Assembly (NCBI GenBank): GCA_964469645.1
Contig: CAYXZV010000005.1
Location: 1 to 59,420 of the forward strand
Direction: 5' to 3'
DNA length: 59,420 bases
DNA from: an uncultured Methanosarcinales archaeon
Lineage (GTDB): Archaea; Nanobdellota; Nanobdellia; Woesearchaeales; GW2011-AR4
Shown here one piece after another: positions 8,663-17,346 of this stretch. Within the stretch, counting starts at the first letter, position 1. Each line of letters opens with the position of its first letter. A program made the position numbers and the translations under genes. Below the pieces are notes generated by a model that saw only the letters and a program-made list of their open reading frames with translations, had not been told where the DNA came from and did no database searches.

Positions 8663-10549
8663 TTAGACAACCACAACATCCCAAACCTTAGTTACACTCT
8701 CAACACCATCCGATACAGTAACCTCAACTTTCTTGCTTCCAGTACTTGAAAATATCCTTTGGTGCTGGTTTTCGCCTTCAAATTTGCTAAAAAAGCCAAA
8801 ATCCCAGGAATAAGTTAAAGAATCACTATCAACATCGACTGCATTTACCTCAAAAAGTATTGGTTTGTTTTTAACTGCAATTAAATTATCGCTGAACTCG
8901 ACTATTTCTGGCGCTTTATTCATATCCAAAACAGTAATCTTTACCTTTTTGGAATCTACATCAGCACCATCAAAAGCAGCAAAATCAACATTAAATTCCT
9001 TAGCAGTTCCGTTCACAACATCAAAATCTGGTTTCCATAAAAAAAGATTGTCCTTAAAAGAAGCACCCATAGGCAATCCATCAGCAGAAAAACTAACAGC
9101 ATCATTATCTTTATCATCAGCATTTAATACAATTCTTAATTCATCTCCTTCCTCAACTTCAAAATTATCCAGCATATTGAACTCAGGCTTTCTATTTACA
9201 TCATTGACTTTTACATTAATAAACTTTGTTTCTGTATGGTAGCTGTCAGAAGCAACTATCTTGACAATATAAGAACCAGCATCATCAAACCCGGTTTTTT
9301 TCTTGTCCCTGTTCATAAACCCAGAATATGAAAATGAAACTTTATCACCATCAGGATCGTTATATTTTGCATCAATCACTATTTCCTCACCTTCATTTAC
9401 TTTTATATCTTCTATACTTTCAAGAACAAACGGCCTGTTAGAGTCTTTTACAGTTATCCTTACTGCCCTCTCATCCCTTAATGCATTGCTCTGGGCGATG
9501 AAATTAATATCCACACTTTTCCTTAACAGCCTAAACATATCAAGTACATAGTGAAAAACATTCTCTTTCTGTACATAGTCATAGCCGGGAGTCCATCTGA
9601 ATACATTTCCTTCTAATTTTGCATTTGAAGGAATATCTTCAACAGATATGCTTACAGCATCATCATCCTTATCAACTGCTTCCAATTCTATAACAACCGG
9701 TTCATTTTCTTTCACACTTGCACCCTTCAAATTAACAAATTTTGGAGGCCTGTCGTCATTCTGCACAATAATCTTGACAGTTTTCTCTCCAGTAAAGTCT
9801 TTTCCAAAAACGCTTACTTTCACATCATACTCACCAGAATCGCCATAGCCTGTTTTCCACTTATTATTCTGTAAAGGCTCGGAAATCTCATAGCTCAATC
9901 CATACTTCCTGAAATTAGGAAGTTTCAAACGTGCTGTCTCTGTCTCTAAAACAGTGACATCTTCAATCTGGGCTAAAAAAGAGTCAAGGTCAACATCATT
10001 AACATTTACATTCCATTCATGGCTTACCTCTGAAACATCATCACTGACAGAAAATCTTACAGTATAGCTGCCAGAGTCTTTGTAGCTAGTTTCAAACACC
10101 ATATTCTCAGCAGAAGAAACAATTTCATCATTTACCTTCCAGGTATAGCTTAACTCATCCTCATTTAAATCAAAGACAGTAACTTTGAACTTTACCTTAC
10201 CTCCTTCATCAATCTCAACATTATCTTCTTTTGGTGAAAATTTTTCTATGACTGGTTTTTCTTCTTTTCTACTGACTATTATCGAAACTTCTTCACTTAC
10301 AACATTTTCACCATCACTTACCACTATTGTAGCTACATATTCACCAGCATCCCCATAAGTTGTCTGCCACTCTCCTTTCCTATCTAACGGCTCTGTAAAA
10401 GTATAAATAAGCTTATCAGCATCAGGATCTTCCACATCAATACCTAAACTTAACTTTTCTGTTTCTTCAATCTCAAAGACCTTCAAAGAGCTAGCTGTAT
10501 AGATAAAACTAATGAATAATACCAGAAGTAATAAAATTATTTTCTTCAT
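8663..10549 (-). CDS. Secreted multi Ig-like/cadherin/PKD repeat surface protein
   Basis: Signal peptide; repeated DxDxDxLxY, WxT(T)YGD(A/S)GxY, SDG, NRxP units; C-terminal PKD-like YSWDFG. Confidence 0.85.
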   Translation of the reverse strand: MKKIILLLLVLFISFIYTASSLKVFEIEETEKLSLGIDVEDPDADKLIYTFTEPLDRKGEWQTTYGDAGEYVATIVVSDGENVVSEEVSIIVSRKEEKPVIEKFSPKEDNVEIDEGGKVKFKVTVFDLNEDELSYTWKVNDEIVSSAENMVFETSYKDSGSYTVRFSVSDDVSEVSHEWNVNVNDVDLDSFLAQIEDVTVLETETARLKLPNFRKYGLSYEISEPLQNNKWKTGYGDSGEYDVKVSVFGKDFTGEKTVKIIVQNDDRPPKFVNLKGASVKENEPVVIELEAVDKDDDAVSISVEDIPSNAKLEGNVFRWTPGYDYVQKENVFHYVLDMFRLLRKSVDINFIAQSNALRDERAVRITVKDSNRPFVLESIEDIKVNEGEEIVIDAKYNDPDGDKVSFSYSGFMNRDKKKTGFDDAGSYIVKIVASDSYHTETKFINVKVNDVNRKPEFNMLDNFEVEEGDELRIVLNADDKDNDAVSFSADGLPMGASFKDNLFLWKPDFDVVNGTAKEFNVDFAAFDGADVDSKKVKITVLDMNKAPEIVEFSDNLIAVKNKPILFEVNAVDVDSDSLTYSWDFGFFSKFEGENQHQRIFSSTGSKKVEVTVSDGVESVTKVWDVVVV

Positions 10550-10572
10550 TTTTCATTTTACAGATAAAATGA

Positions 10573-11688
10573 CTATTTTTGGACTATGTCAAGTATTACT
10601 GGTGGTCTGTTGACATTCTCTATAGATATTGTAAATTCTTGGCTTGTTGTATCAACACCGTCTGAAACCGTAACAGTAACTGGGTGCTTGCCAGTATCAT
10701 CATAAGTTGTTTCCCATGTAAACACATTTCCATCCTGCACAAACCTACTGTCATCAATTGAATAGCTTATCTCATCACCATCTTCATCCCATGCTTCCAG
10801 CTCAATAACGACAGTGTCTGTTTCACTTGCTTCTATGTCACCAACCTCGCTAAGTATAGGTTTCCTGTTTACATTACCCACAGTAACGCTCCATATCTTC
10901 TCTGTATCAAACAATCCGTCAGTGACAGTAACTTTTACCGTGTGTGACCCAGAATCATCATAGGTTGTTTGATATTCAACAGAATCATCATTGCCGATAT
11001 CTGTACCATCTAATTTCCATGCATACCTTAAAACATCATCATTCAGGTCAGAAGATACAACACTGAATGCTAATGTGTCAGTTTCCTGGACTTCGATAGC
11101 TGTTTCTTCCGGCCTAAAACTTTCAAGTACAGGAGCTTCTTCTTTCCTGTTTACAATCATCAAAACTTCTTTGGTTGCTGTCAGTAAGCCGTCGCTTGCA
11201 GTTACAGTAACTGTATATTCACCAGCATCTCCATAAGTTGTCTGCCATTCTCCATTGTCATCCAATGGGCTTGTGAACGTAAAATCTAGCACATCCTGGT
11301 CAGGATCTTCTGCCTGAGGAACCAGGCTTACAAGTTCTGTTTCTTCCACAATAAGCACAGTTGCATCTTCAGGAATTACTACTCCTTCTTCCTCCTCTTC
11401 AATAATAATGTCTACTTCCTCTGTTATCACTTCTACCTCTATGTCTACGTCTTCATCAATTTCTTCTGCTTCTTCCATCTCATCTTCTACTTCTGTAAAA
11501 TCTTCCTCTTCAAAAAGTTCTTCATCAATTAGTTCAACATCTATCTCTTCAGCTTCCACTAAATCACCCTCTTCAGAATCGTTTTCTTGCTGAGACTGCT
11601 TTATGTAAAGAGTATTGTAAACATCACAGGCACTAATAAAGAATATAGAGAAAATCACCAATACAATCAAAATTTCCTTTTTCATCAT
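10573..11688 (-). CDS. Putative lipoprotein with acidic linker and Ig-like/cadherin repeats
   Basis: Signal with ISAC lipobox, E/D-rich stretch, GEWQTTYGDAGEY shared with the neighbouring gene. Confidence 0.8.
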   Translation of the reverse strand: MMKKEILIVLVIFSIFFISACDVYNTLYIKQSQQENDSEEGDLVEAEEIDVELIDEELFEEEDFTEVEDEMEEAEEIDEDVDIEVEVITEEVDIIIEEEEEGVVIPEDATVLIVEETELVSLVPQAEDPDQDVLDFTFTSPLDDNGEWQTTYGDAGEYTVTVTASDGLLTATKEVLMIVNRKEEAPVLESFRPEETAIEVQETDTLAFSVVSSDLNDDVLRYAWKLDGTDIGNDDSVEYQTTYDDSGSHTVKVTVTDGLFDTEKIWSVTVGNVNRKPILSEVGDIEASETDTVVIELEAWDEDGDEISYSIDDSRFVQDGNVFTWETTYDDTGKHPVTVTVSDGVDTTSQEFTISIENVNRPPVILDIVQK

Positions 11689-11821
11689 ACGCCTCTTTAT
11701 TATTTGTAATTATTCTAAAATAACAACTTATATTTAAACTTTTTGGGTAGTGAAAAATTGTTTGGAAGAAACCTTTATTTTTTTATTACTGTTTTTCAAG
11801 AACATTAGTTAAAATTGTGAA

Positions 11822-11908
11822 TGGGCCTGCCAGGATTTGAACCTGGGACCAATCGATTTCCAGCATAGCTATCAGTCGATCATTCTAACCAGACTGAACT
11901 ACAGGCCC
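11822..11908 (-). tRNA. tRNA-Ile(GAU) with 12-nt intron at 37/38 (11858-11869)
   Basis: Acceptor GGGCCUG/CAGGCCC; anticodon arm AUCGA-CUGAUA[intron]A-UCGAU; 87 nt = 75 + 12. Confidence 0.9.
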
Positions 11909-11937
11909 GTGAATTGTGGCTTGCTGTAAAATAAAAA

Positions 11938-12073
11938 CGCCCTCGACCAGACTCGAACTGGTGATCTTTCCCAACTTAAGAAAATTAATTCTTAAACTTA
12001 TGGTGTCTAACTTTGCAGGTAACAGCTTCGTAGTCTCTGGACTCATACGCTTTACCTACTAAGCTACGAGGGC
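11938..12073 (-). tRNA. tRNA-Asn(GUU) with three introns (30/31, 37/38, 43/44)
   Basis: Removing 12027-12043, 12005-12019 and 11968-11998 gives a 73-nt cloverleaf with arm UAUGG-CUGUUAA-CCAUA and G73; each intron has a BHB-like fold. Confidence 0.88.
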
Positions 12074-12098
12074 ATGACATCTAAGAATAAGAATTTTG

Positions 12099-12169
12099 TT
12101 TAAATATGTTTCGGCATTGTGCGCACCCGCACACCAGTGTGCGGTACTACGTACCGCACGTCCCGAGAC
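12099..12169 (+). repeat. Dispersed palindromic element, copy A
   Basis: TTTAAA, 24-nt core GCGCACCCGCACACCAGTGTGCGG, hairpin, CCCGAGAC end. Confidence 0.75.
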
Positions 12170-12257
12170 TAGACAATTAATTCATAAATTTTTTTATTAT
12201 TCAAAACACAGAATAACTGATAAAAATAGAAAAAAAAATAAAAAAAACAATAAGAAA

Positions 12258-12503
12258 CTATCTTCTCTTCTTCCTTCTTCCGCCTCTGACCATCTTAGCC
12301 ATTGAGACATCGCCTTTCTTATCTATAAAGTATAGATATCCAGACTTTTTCTTAACTCCTACTTTAGCAACAACTTGTATTTTGCTTTTTCCTCTTTTCT
12401 TGCCGCGAGCCATTTTAGCTCTTGAAACGTTACCTTTTTTATCCAAGAAATATAGGTAACCTTTTTCTCTTTTTACTCCAACTTTTGCAACTTTTTGTGC
12501 CAT
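12258..12503 (-). CDS. Small basic protein made of two tandem ~35-aa repeats
   Basis: VAKVGVKxxxGYLYFxDKKGxVSxAKMxRG occurs twice. Confidence 0.85.
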   Translation of the reverse strand: MAQKVAKVGVKREKGYLYFLDKKGNVSRAKMARGKKRGKSKIQVVAKVGVKKKSGYLYFIDKKGDVSMAKMVRGGRRKKRR

Positions 12504-12612
12504 TACAACATCTCCTCCTATTTTTTTAGTTTATTAGACGAACCACCCGTCTTATGTTTTAATTTTTGCACGCTACCTTCTATTTAAAGGTTTCGTTTTT
12601 CCGACGGTGAAA

Positions 12613-13362
12613 TTACTCCAGAAGGAGTAATGACATCATTATTAAAACTCCAAGGACAATAGCAATGAATTGCAATAAAGATTTTTTGGCATCAACTTCC
12701 TTATGTATCTCAGGTATTAGGTCTGATCCTGCTATGTAAATAAAAGTTCCTGCTGCAAATGGAACTAAAAATGTGGTAATGTTTTCTAAGTATGAGCTGA
12801 TCAATAATGAAACAATTGCTCCTAAAACTGCAGTTAAGGCTGTAACAAAATTATAAAACAAAGCTTTCCCTTTTGAAAATCCTCCGTGCAATAAAACCCC
12901 AAAATCCCCTATCTCTGAAGGGACTTCATGCAGTATGACTGCTAAAGTTGTCGCAATTCCTACAGGTACGCTTGCCAAATAACTTGCACCAATTATTATA
13001 CCGTCTATAAAGTTATGCACTCCATCTCCCAACAGATTCATCATGGCAAACGGATGAATGTGCTCTTTTGAACTTGGTATATGGCAGTGTCTCCAGTGGA
13101 TAAACTTCTCAATAATGAATGAGAATCCGATTCCAAACAAGACATAAAGTGAAATACTCGGGCTAAAGCCAGCTTCCTCAACAACTTCCGGCAGCAAATG
13201 AATGAAAGCATCCCCAAACAATGCTCCGGCAGAAAAACTTACCATATACAACAAAATTTTTTTTAATTTATCCGCTTTGACAGCAAATGTCAATAAGCCT
13301 AAAAAAGATATAGAGCTGACTATTAATACACTTACTATTGAATAAAGCCAAATGTTTGCCAT
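12613..13362 (-). CDS. zupT: ZIP family zinc transporter
   Basis: SAGAL, His-rich loop HWRHCH, GDGVHNFIDG, LHEVPSEIGDF. Confidence 0.93.
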   Translation of the reverse strand: MANIWLYSIVSVLIVSSISFLGLLTFAVKADKLKKILLYMVSFSAGALFGDAFIHLLPEVVEEAGFSPSISLYVLFGIGFSFIIEKFIHWRHCHIPSSKEHIHPFAMMNLLGDGVHNFIDGIIIGASYLASVPVGIATTLAVILHEVPSEIGDFGVLLHGGFSKGKALFYNFVTALTAVLGAIVSLLISSYLENITTFLVPFAAGTFIYIAGSDLIPEIHKEVDAKKSLLQFIAIVLGVLIMMSLLLLE

Positions 13363-13392
13363 TTTGTTAATAAAAACCTAAACATTTATAAA

Positions 13393-13419
13393 TCTTATTG
13401 ATTTTCATTATCAATAAGA
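13393..13419. promoter_or_regulatory. Fur/Zur-box-like inverted repeat between divergent ZIP and Fur-family genes
   Basis: TCTTATTGAT-N7-ATCAATAAGA; reverse-strand core TGATAATGAAAATCA resembles the 7-1-7 Fur box; adjacent to TTTATAAA. Confidence 0.75.
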
Positions 13420-13443
13420 AATAAAAGACAAAATTTCTAAACA

Positions 13444-13830
13444 ATGCCAAAATTATCAAGACAAACAGAGCAAAAAACTTTGTTGGAAAAGGAATTAAGC
13501 AACGTGCATTCTTTTTTTACAGCAGAAGATTTGCACAATAAAGTAAAAAATAATAAAATTGGAATGGCAACAGTTTACAGATTCTTAAGAGAATTAAAGA
13601 ATAAAAATAAGCTTCATTCTTATATTTGCAATAGAAGATTCATTTACTCAAAAAATAAAAGCAACCATTGCCACTTTGCATGTCAGGAATGTAGCAAAGT
13701 GATTCATATCGATATAGATACCCTTGATTTTCTGAAGAAAAATGTTAAAGGAGACATATGCCATTTCCAGATAGATGTTGAAGGAATTTGTAATGACTGC
13801 CAAAATAAGAAAAAATTAAAAACATACTAA
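13444..13830 (+). CDS. Fur-family metalloregulator (probably Zur)
   Basis: FTAEDL, ATVYRFL, HCHFACQEC, GICNDC; divergent from ZIP. Confidence 0.9.
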   Translation: MPKLSRQTEQKTLLEKELSNVHSFFTAEDLHNKVKNNKIGMATVYRFLRELKNKNKLHSYICNRRFIYSKNKSNHCHFACQECSKVIHIDIDTLDFLKKNVKGDICHFQIDVEGICNDCQNKKKLKTY

Positions 13831-13844
13831 AAACACAAATTCTA

Positions 13845-15098
13845 ATGAAAACTATTGCAGATTTACAGGTCCACTCAAGATTCAGCAGAGCAACTTCTAA
13901 ACAGCTTAATTTGGAAAATTTAGAAAAATTCGCAAGAATTAAAGGTTTGAATCTTTTAGGTACAGGTGACATAACGCATCCTAAATGGCTTAAAGAGCTA
14001 AAGCAAGGATTAACTGAAGATGGTTCTGGAATCCTTAAATCAAAATCAGATTTTAATTTTGTTTTGCAGGGAGAAGTATCTAATATATACACGCAGGACG
14101 GCAAAGGAAGAAGAATTCATAATGTTGTCCTGGCAAAAAATTTTGATATAGCGGAGCAAATACAGGAAGCGCTAAAGAAAAAAGGACGCATAGATTATGA
14201 CGGAAGGCCAATCTTCGGTTTTTCGTGCCCAGAATTAGTAGAGATGATGAAAAACATCGACGAGAAAATAGAAATAATCCCTGCACATGCATGGACGCCT
14301 TGGTTTTCTCTATTTGGTTCAATGTCAGGTTTTGATTCTGTTGAAGAATGCTTTAAGGACCAGACAAAGCATATTCATGCCATTGAAACCGGTTTAAGCT
14401 CAGATCCTGCAATGAACTGGCGCTTATCACAATTAGATAAATACACTTTAGTGAGCAGTTCTGATGCTCATAGCTTCTGGCCATGGCGTATAGGACGTGA
14501 AGCAAACGTTTTTGATATAGAACCAACATATGACAATCTAATAAATTCAATAAGGACAAAAAAAGGATTTTTGAATACAATAGAAGTTGATCCTAATTAT
14601 GGAAAATATCATTTAGATGGTCACAGAGCATGCAATGTTTGTTTAGAACCAAAAGAATCCCTGAAAAACAAGAATATCTGCCCTAAATGCAAAAAACCCT
14701 TAACAGTTGGAGTTTTGCAAAGAGTAGAACAATTAGCAGACAGGGAAGATGGCTTCAAACCAAAAGATGCAATTCCATTTAAATCATTGATCCCTTTGTC
14801 AGAAATATTATCATCATTACTAAACACAAGCGTCGCAACAAAAAAAGTATTCGCCGAATATTATAAATTAATCAAAAATTTTGAAACCGAATTTAATATT
14901 TTATTGGAAGCAAAAAAAGAAGATTTAGCAAAAGTCACTGATGAAAAGATTGCAGATGCAATTATTGCAATAAGAGAAGGAAAAGTAAAGATAAAGCCGG
15001 GTTATGATGGAGTCTATGGACAGCCGGTATTTGATAATAAAGTTGAAGAAACAGGACTCAAGAAAAATAAGCAGGAAGGATTGAATAAGTTTTTTTGA
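13845..15098 (+). CDS. endoQ: Endonuclease Q family (PHP domain plus Zn finger)
   Basis: DLQVHSRFSRATS, IPAHAWTPW, ETGLSSDP, SDAHS, GKYHLDGHRAC, CPKC, PGYDGVYG. Confidence 0.9.
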   Translation: MKTIADLQVHSRFSRATSKQLNLENLEKFARIKGLNLLGTGDITHPKWLKELKQGLTEDGSGILKSKSDFNFVLQGEVSNIYTQDGKGRRIHNVVLAKNFDIAEQIQEALKKKGRIDYDGRPIFGFSCPELVEMMKNIDEKIEIIPAHAWTPWFSLFGSMSGFDSVEECFKDQTKHIHAIETGLSSDPAMNWRLSQLDKYTLVSSSDAHSFWPWRIGREANVFDIEPTYDNLINSIRTKKGFLNTIEVDPNYGKYHLDGHRACNVCLEPKESLKNKNICPKCKKPLTVGVLQRVEQLADREDGFKPKDAIPFKSLIPLSEILSSLLNTSVATKKVFAEYYKLIKNFETEFNILLEAKKEDLAKVTDEKIADAIIAIREGKVKIKPGYDGVYGQPVFDNKVEETGLKKNKQEGLNKFF

Positions 15099-15149
15099 TG
15101 TAGCATTCTAATCGACAAATTTAAATACATTCTATTCAAATAATAAATT

Positions 15150-15812
15150 ATGAACAACACTTTACTGTCTTCTATAAGCAAAAAAGCAATTAACGAGTTT
15201 AGGAAAGATTTATTGCAGATGCTAAGGTTAGGAAAAGGTATGGATAAATATTATGCAGAATCAAATTCAGATCTGGATGTTTACTTCAAAAAATTCAGTT
15301 CTCTAATAGATACCTTCAACAAAAAATACAAGAACTTAAAATTAAAGATGGCAAAAAAGACAAATGAAGTAGAGCTTAAAATTCTTTTAAATGAAAAAAG
15401 CGTAAGAGATTGTTTTGAGAATGCTGCATCAAAGATCCTTGGCGTGCAGGCATTAGGAACATCTAAGTTTGGAGCAGCTATGGTTTCAGAAGCAGAAGCA
15501 TTCACAAATGAGCTGGAAAAGACAAAAAACAAATTATACATAACTTACTACAATCCGCAGACAGGAACAGCGAATGTATTTCTGCAGTATGACAAGAAAG
15601 AAAAGAAAGTGCAGCTTGTTTATGATCTGGAAGAGATTGAAAACGAGCCAAGCCCCGAGTTTCAATTAACATCTTATTACGCATTAAATCAGCCATATAA
15701 TAAAAAAATAGACATACACGACGAAGGCACTACTTTAGGATTTTCAGAAGTGCCTTATCATGCAGAAAAAGCAGAATATTTCAGAAAATTTGACCCGCAT
15801 ATAAGTGAATGA
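15150..15812 (+). CDS. Hypothetical protein
   Basis: 220-aa ORF with host-like codon use and its own TATA box. Confidence 0.7.
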   Translation: MNNTLLSSISKKAINEFRKDLLQMLRLGKGMDKYYAESNSDLDVYFKKFSSLIDTFNKKYKNLKLKMAKKTNEVELKILLNEKSVRDCFENAASKILGVQALGTSKFGAAMVSEAEAFTNELEKTKNKLYITYYNPQTGTANVFLQYDKKEKKVQLVYDLEEIENEPSPEFQLTSYYALNQPYNKKIDIHDEGTTLGFSEVPYHAEKAEYFRKFDPHISE

Positions 15813-16676
15813 TCAAAACTCTTTCAGAAATTTTATCAATTGATTAGCCTTCTCGAACTCAAGAAATTCTTTTTTCGTAAGTGCAGGTATATCTTTTGGT
15901 TTTTTTTTGTTGAATATAACCAAATTATCTGCATCCAGTAGCTTAGATAAGGAAGAAAAATCACGTTTTGTCTTGTCCCCTATTCCTGTAAGTATTAGCT
16001 GGTCGTCTTTTTTTGCTATGATGTCAAAAGGTGTTTTATTTGTGTCAGCAGCTTCAAAACCCAAGTCGACATATTTCTTTGAAAAGTCAGATTTATGTTT
16101 TCCTCCGATTATATTGTTTGTTGAAAAAATATTTATCTGATTAAAGACCCTATGCCCAAAAATACCATAAATTTTCATTGCCTTACTTATGGTTATTTCT
16201 GAATCTCCTTTCTCGTATTTATCCATCATCCTGCTGGTTACGCCGACTTTTTTTGATAAGTAATTCAACGAGTAGCCTTTCTCTTCCCTTTTCTTCCTTA
16301 ATTTGTCGCCATCTATGGAAACAGTAAAACCGGCTTGAGTTCTTCTTACAAACGGAAATTTGTTTTTAATGGAATTAACAAAAGTATTGAAGTTAAAAGT
16401 ATATAGATCAAATCTGGTATAGAGGACATTATCTTCCAGTTTATCTCCTGCCTTTTCTGCAATTATTATTGGAACAGCACCTATGTAAGATGAAATAGTG
16501 TCCATAGCATCAGTATATTCCTTGCTTACAGCATTAGCATCTTCCAGAACTTTTATCAATAGTATTTTGCCTTGTTTCCTGGCAAGAAGATCAAAGCATG
16601 TTCTTGTAAGTGTCTTTACCGTAAACCCATCCTTCAAAAGGAACACTGCCAGCTTGTCAATAATCTTATTTTTCAT
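15813..16676 (-). CDS. Archaeal Xre-type HTH transcription regulator (COG1395-like)
   Basis: N-terminal nuclease-like fold (FDLLARK...LLIKV), central HTH LRKKREEKGYSL...VGVT...KYEKG. Confidence 0.85.
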   Translation of the reverse strand: MKNKIIDKLAVFLLKDGFTVKTLTRTCFDLLARKQGKILLIKVLEDANAVSKEYTDAMDTISSYIGAVPIIIAEKAGDKLEDNVLYTRFDLYTFNFNTFVNSIKNKFPFVRRTQAGFTVSIDGDKLRKKREEKGYSLNYLSKKVGVTSRMMDKYEKGDSEITISKAMKIYGIFGHRVFNQINIFSTNNIIGGKHKSDFSKKYVDLGFEAADTNKTPFDIIAKKDDQLILTGIGDKTKRDFSSLSKLLDADNLVIFNKKKPKDIPALTKKEFLEFEKANQLIKFLKEF

Positions 16677-16776
16677 AGTATGATCAATATCCTCCTCTTA
16701 TTAAAAATGTTTCTGATATAATGCCTTAGTTATTTATTGATAAACTTTATAAACAAACTATTTTACAAAAATCACT

Positions 16777-17307
16777 ATGATTGTAACAATATCCGGAAAA
16801 GCGGGTTCTGGAAAAAGCACCGTTGCAAAGCAGTTGGCAAAAAAGCTCAAACTGAAGCATTATTCTATAGGGGACTTAATGAGACAGCTTGCCAAAGAAA
16901 GGAAAATGTCTTTAACTAGATTGAGTAAGTTGGCAGAAAAAGACAAATCAATAGATTTAGAACTTGATAAAAAGACAATCGCGTTGAGAGAGGAAGATAA
17001 CTTTGTCATTGATGGAAGGCTAACAGCCCATTTCCTGCCTTATGCAGATCTTAAGGTATTCCTGGATTGTAATGATAAAACCAGGGCAGAAAGGATATTG
17101 AAAGAAAAAAGGCATGATGAAAAAAGCAAAAACATCAAAGAATTGATCAAAAAGATAAAGCAGCGCGAAAAAAGCGAAAGGAAGCGGTACAATAAGATTT
17201 ATGGCATCGATTACCAGGATAAAAAATTATACGATTTGATGATTGACACGACAAGCTTAAGCATAGAGGAAGTTTTGGTTGTGATTGAAGGGGCCATGGA
17301 AGATTAA
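16777..17307 (+). CDS. cmk: Cytidylate kinase (archaeal type)
   Basis: ISGKAGSGKST, SIGDLMR, VIDGRL, YGID. Confidence 0.93.
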   Translation: MIVTISGKAGSGKSTVAKQLAKKLKLKHYSIGDLMRQLAKERKMSLTRLSKLAEKDKSIDLELDKKTIALREEDNFVIDGRLTAHFLPYADLKVFLDCNDKTRAERILKEKRHDEKSKNIKELIKKIKQREKSERKRYNKIYGIDYQDKKLYDLMIDTTSLSIEEVLVVIEGAMED

Positions 17308-17346
17308 ATAAAATTGAGTATTGGATTAAAATTATTGTATTAAAGA

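Noticed and set aside
8623-8665. Stop-codon read-through fusing the Ig-repeat protein to Hel308 (same frame)
   Set aside because: A TAA stop, an intervening TATA box, and a secreted-plus-cytoplasmic fusion make this implausible
12005-12045. Alternative anticodons GCA (Cys) or CCA (Trp) in the long tRNA
   Set aside because: Neither gives a paired anticodon stem; both fall inside intron loops; G73 and the restored arm fit Asn
12170-12257. A/T homopolymer-rich tract as a functional repeat
   Set aside because: No periodicity; consistent with a U-rich terminator region
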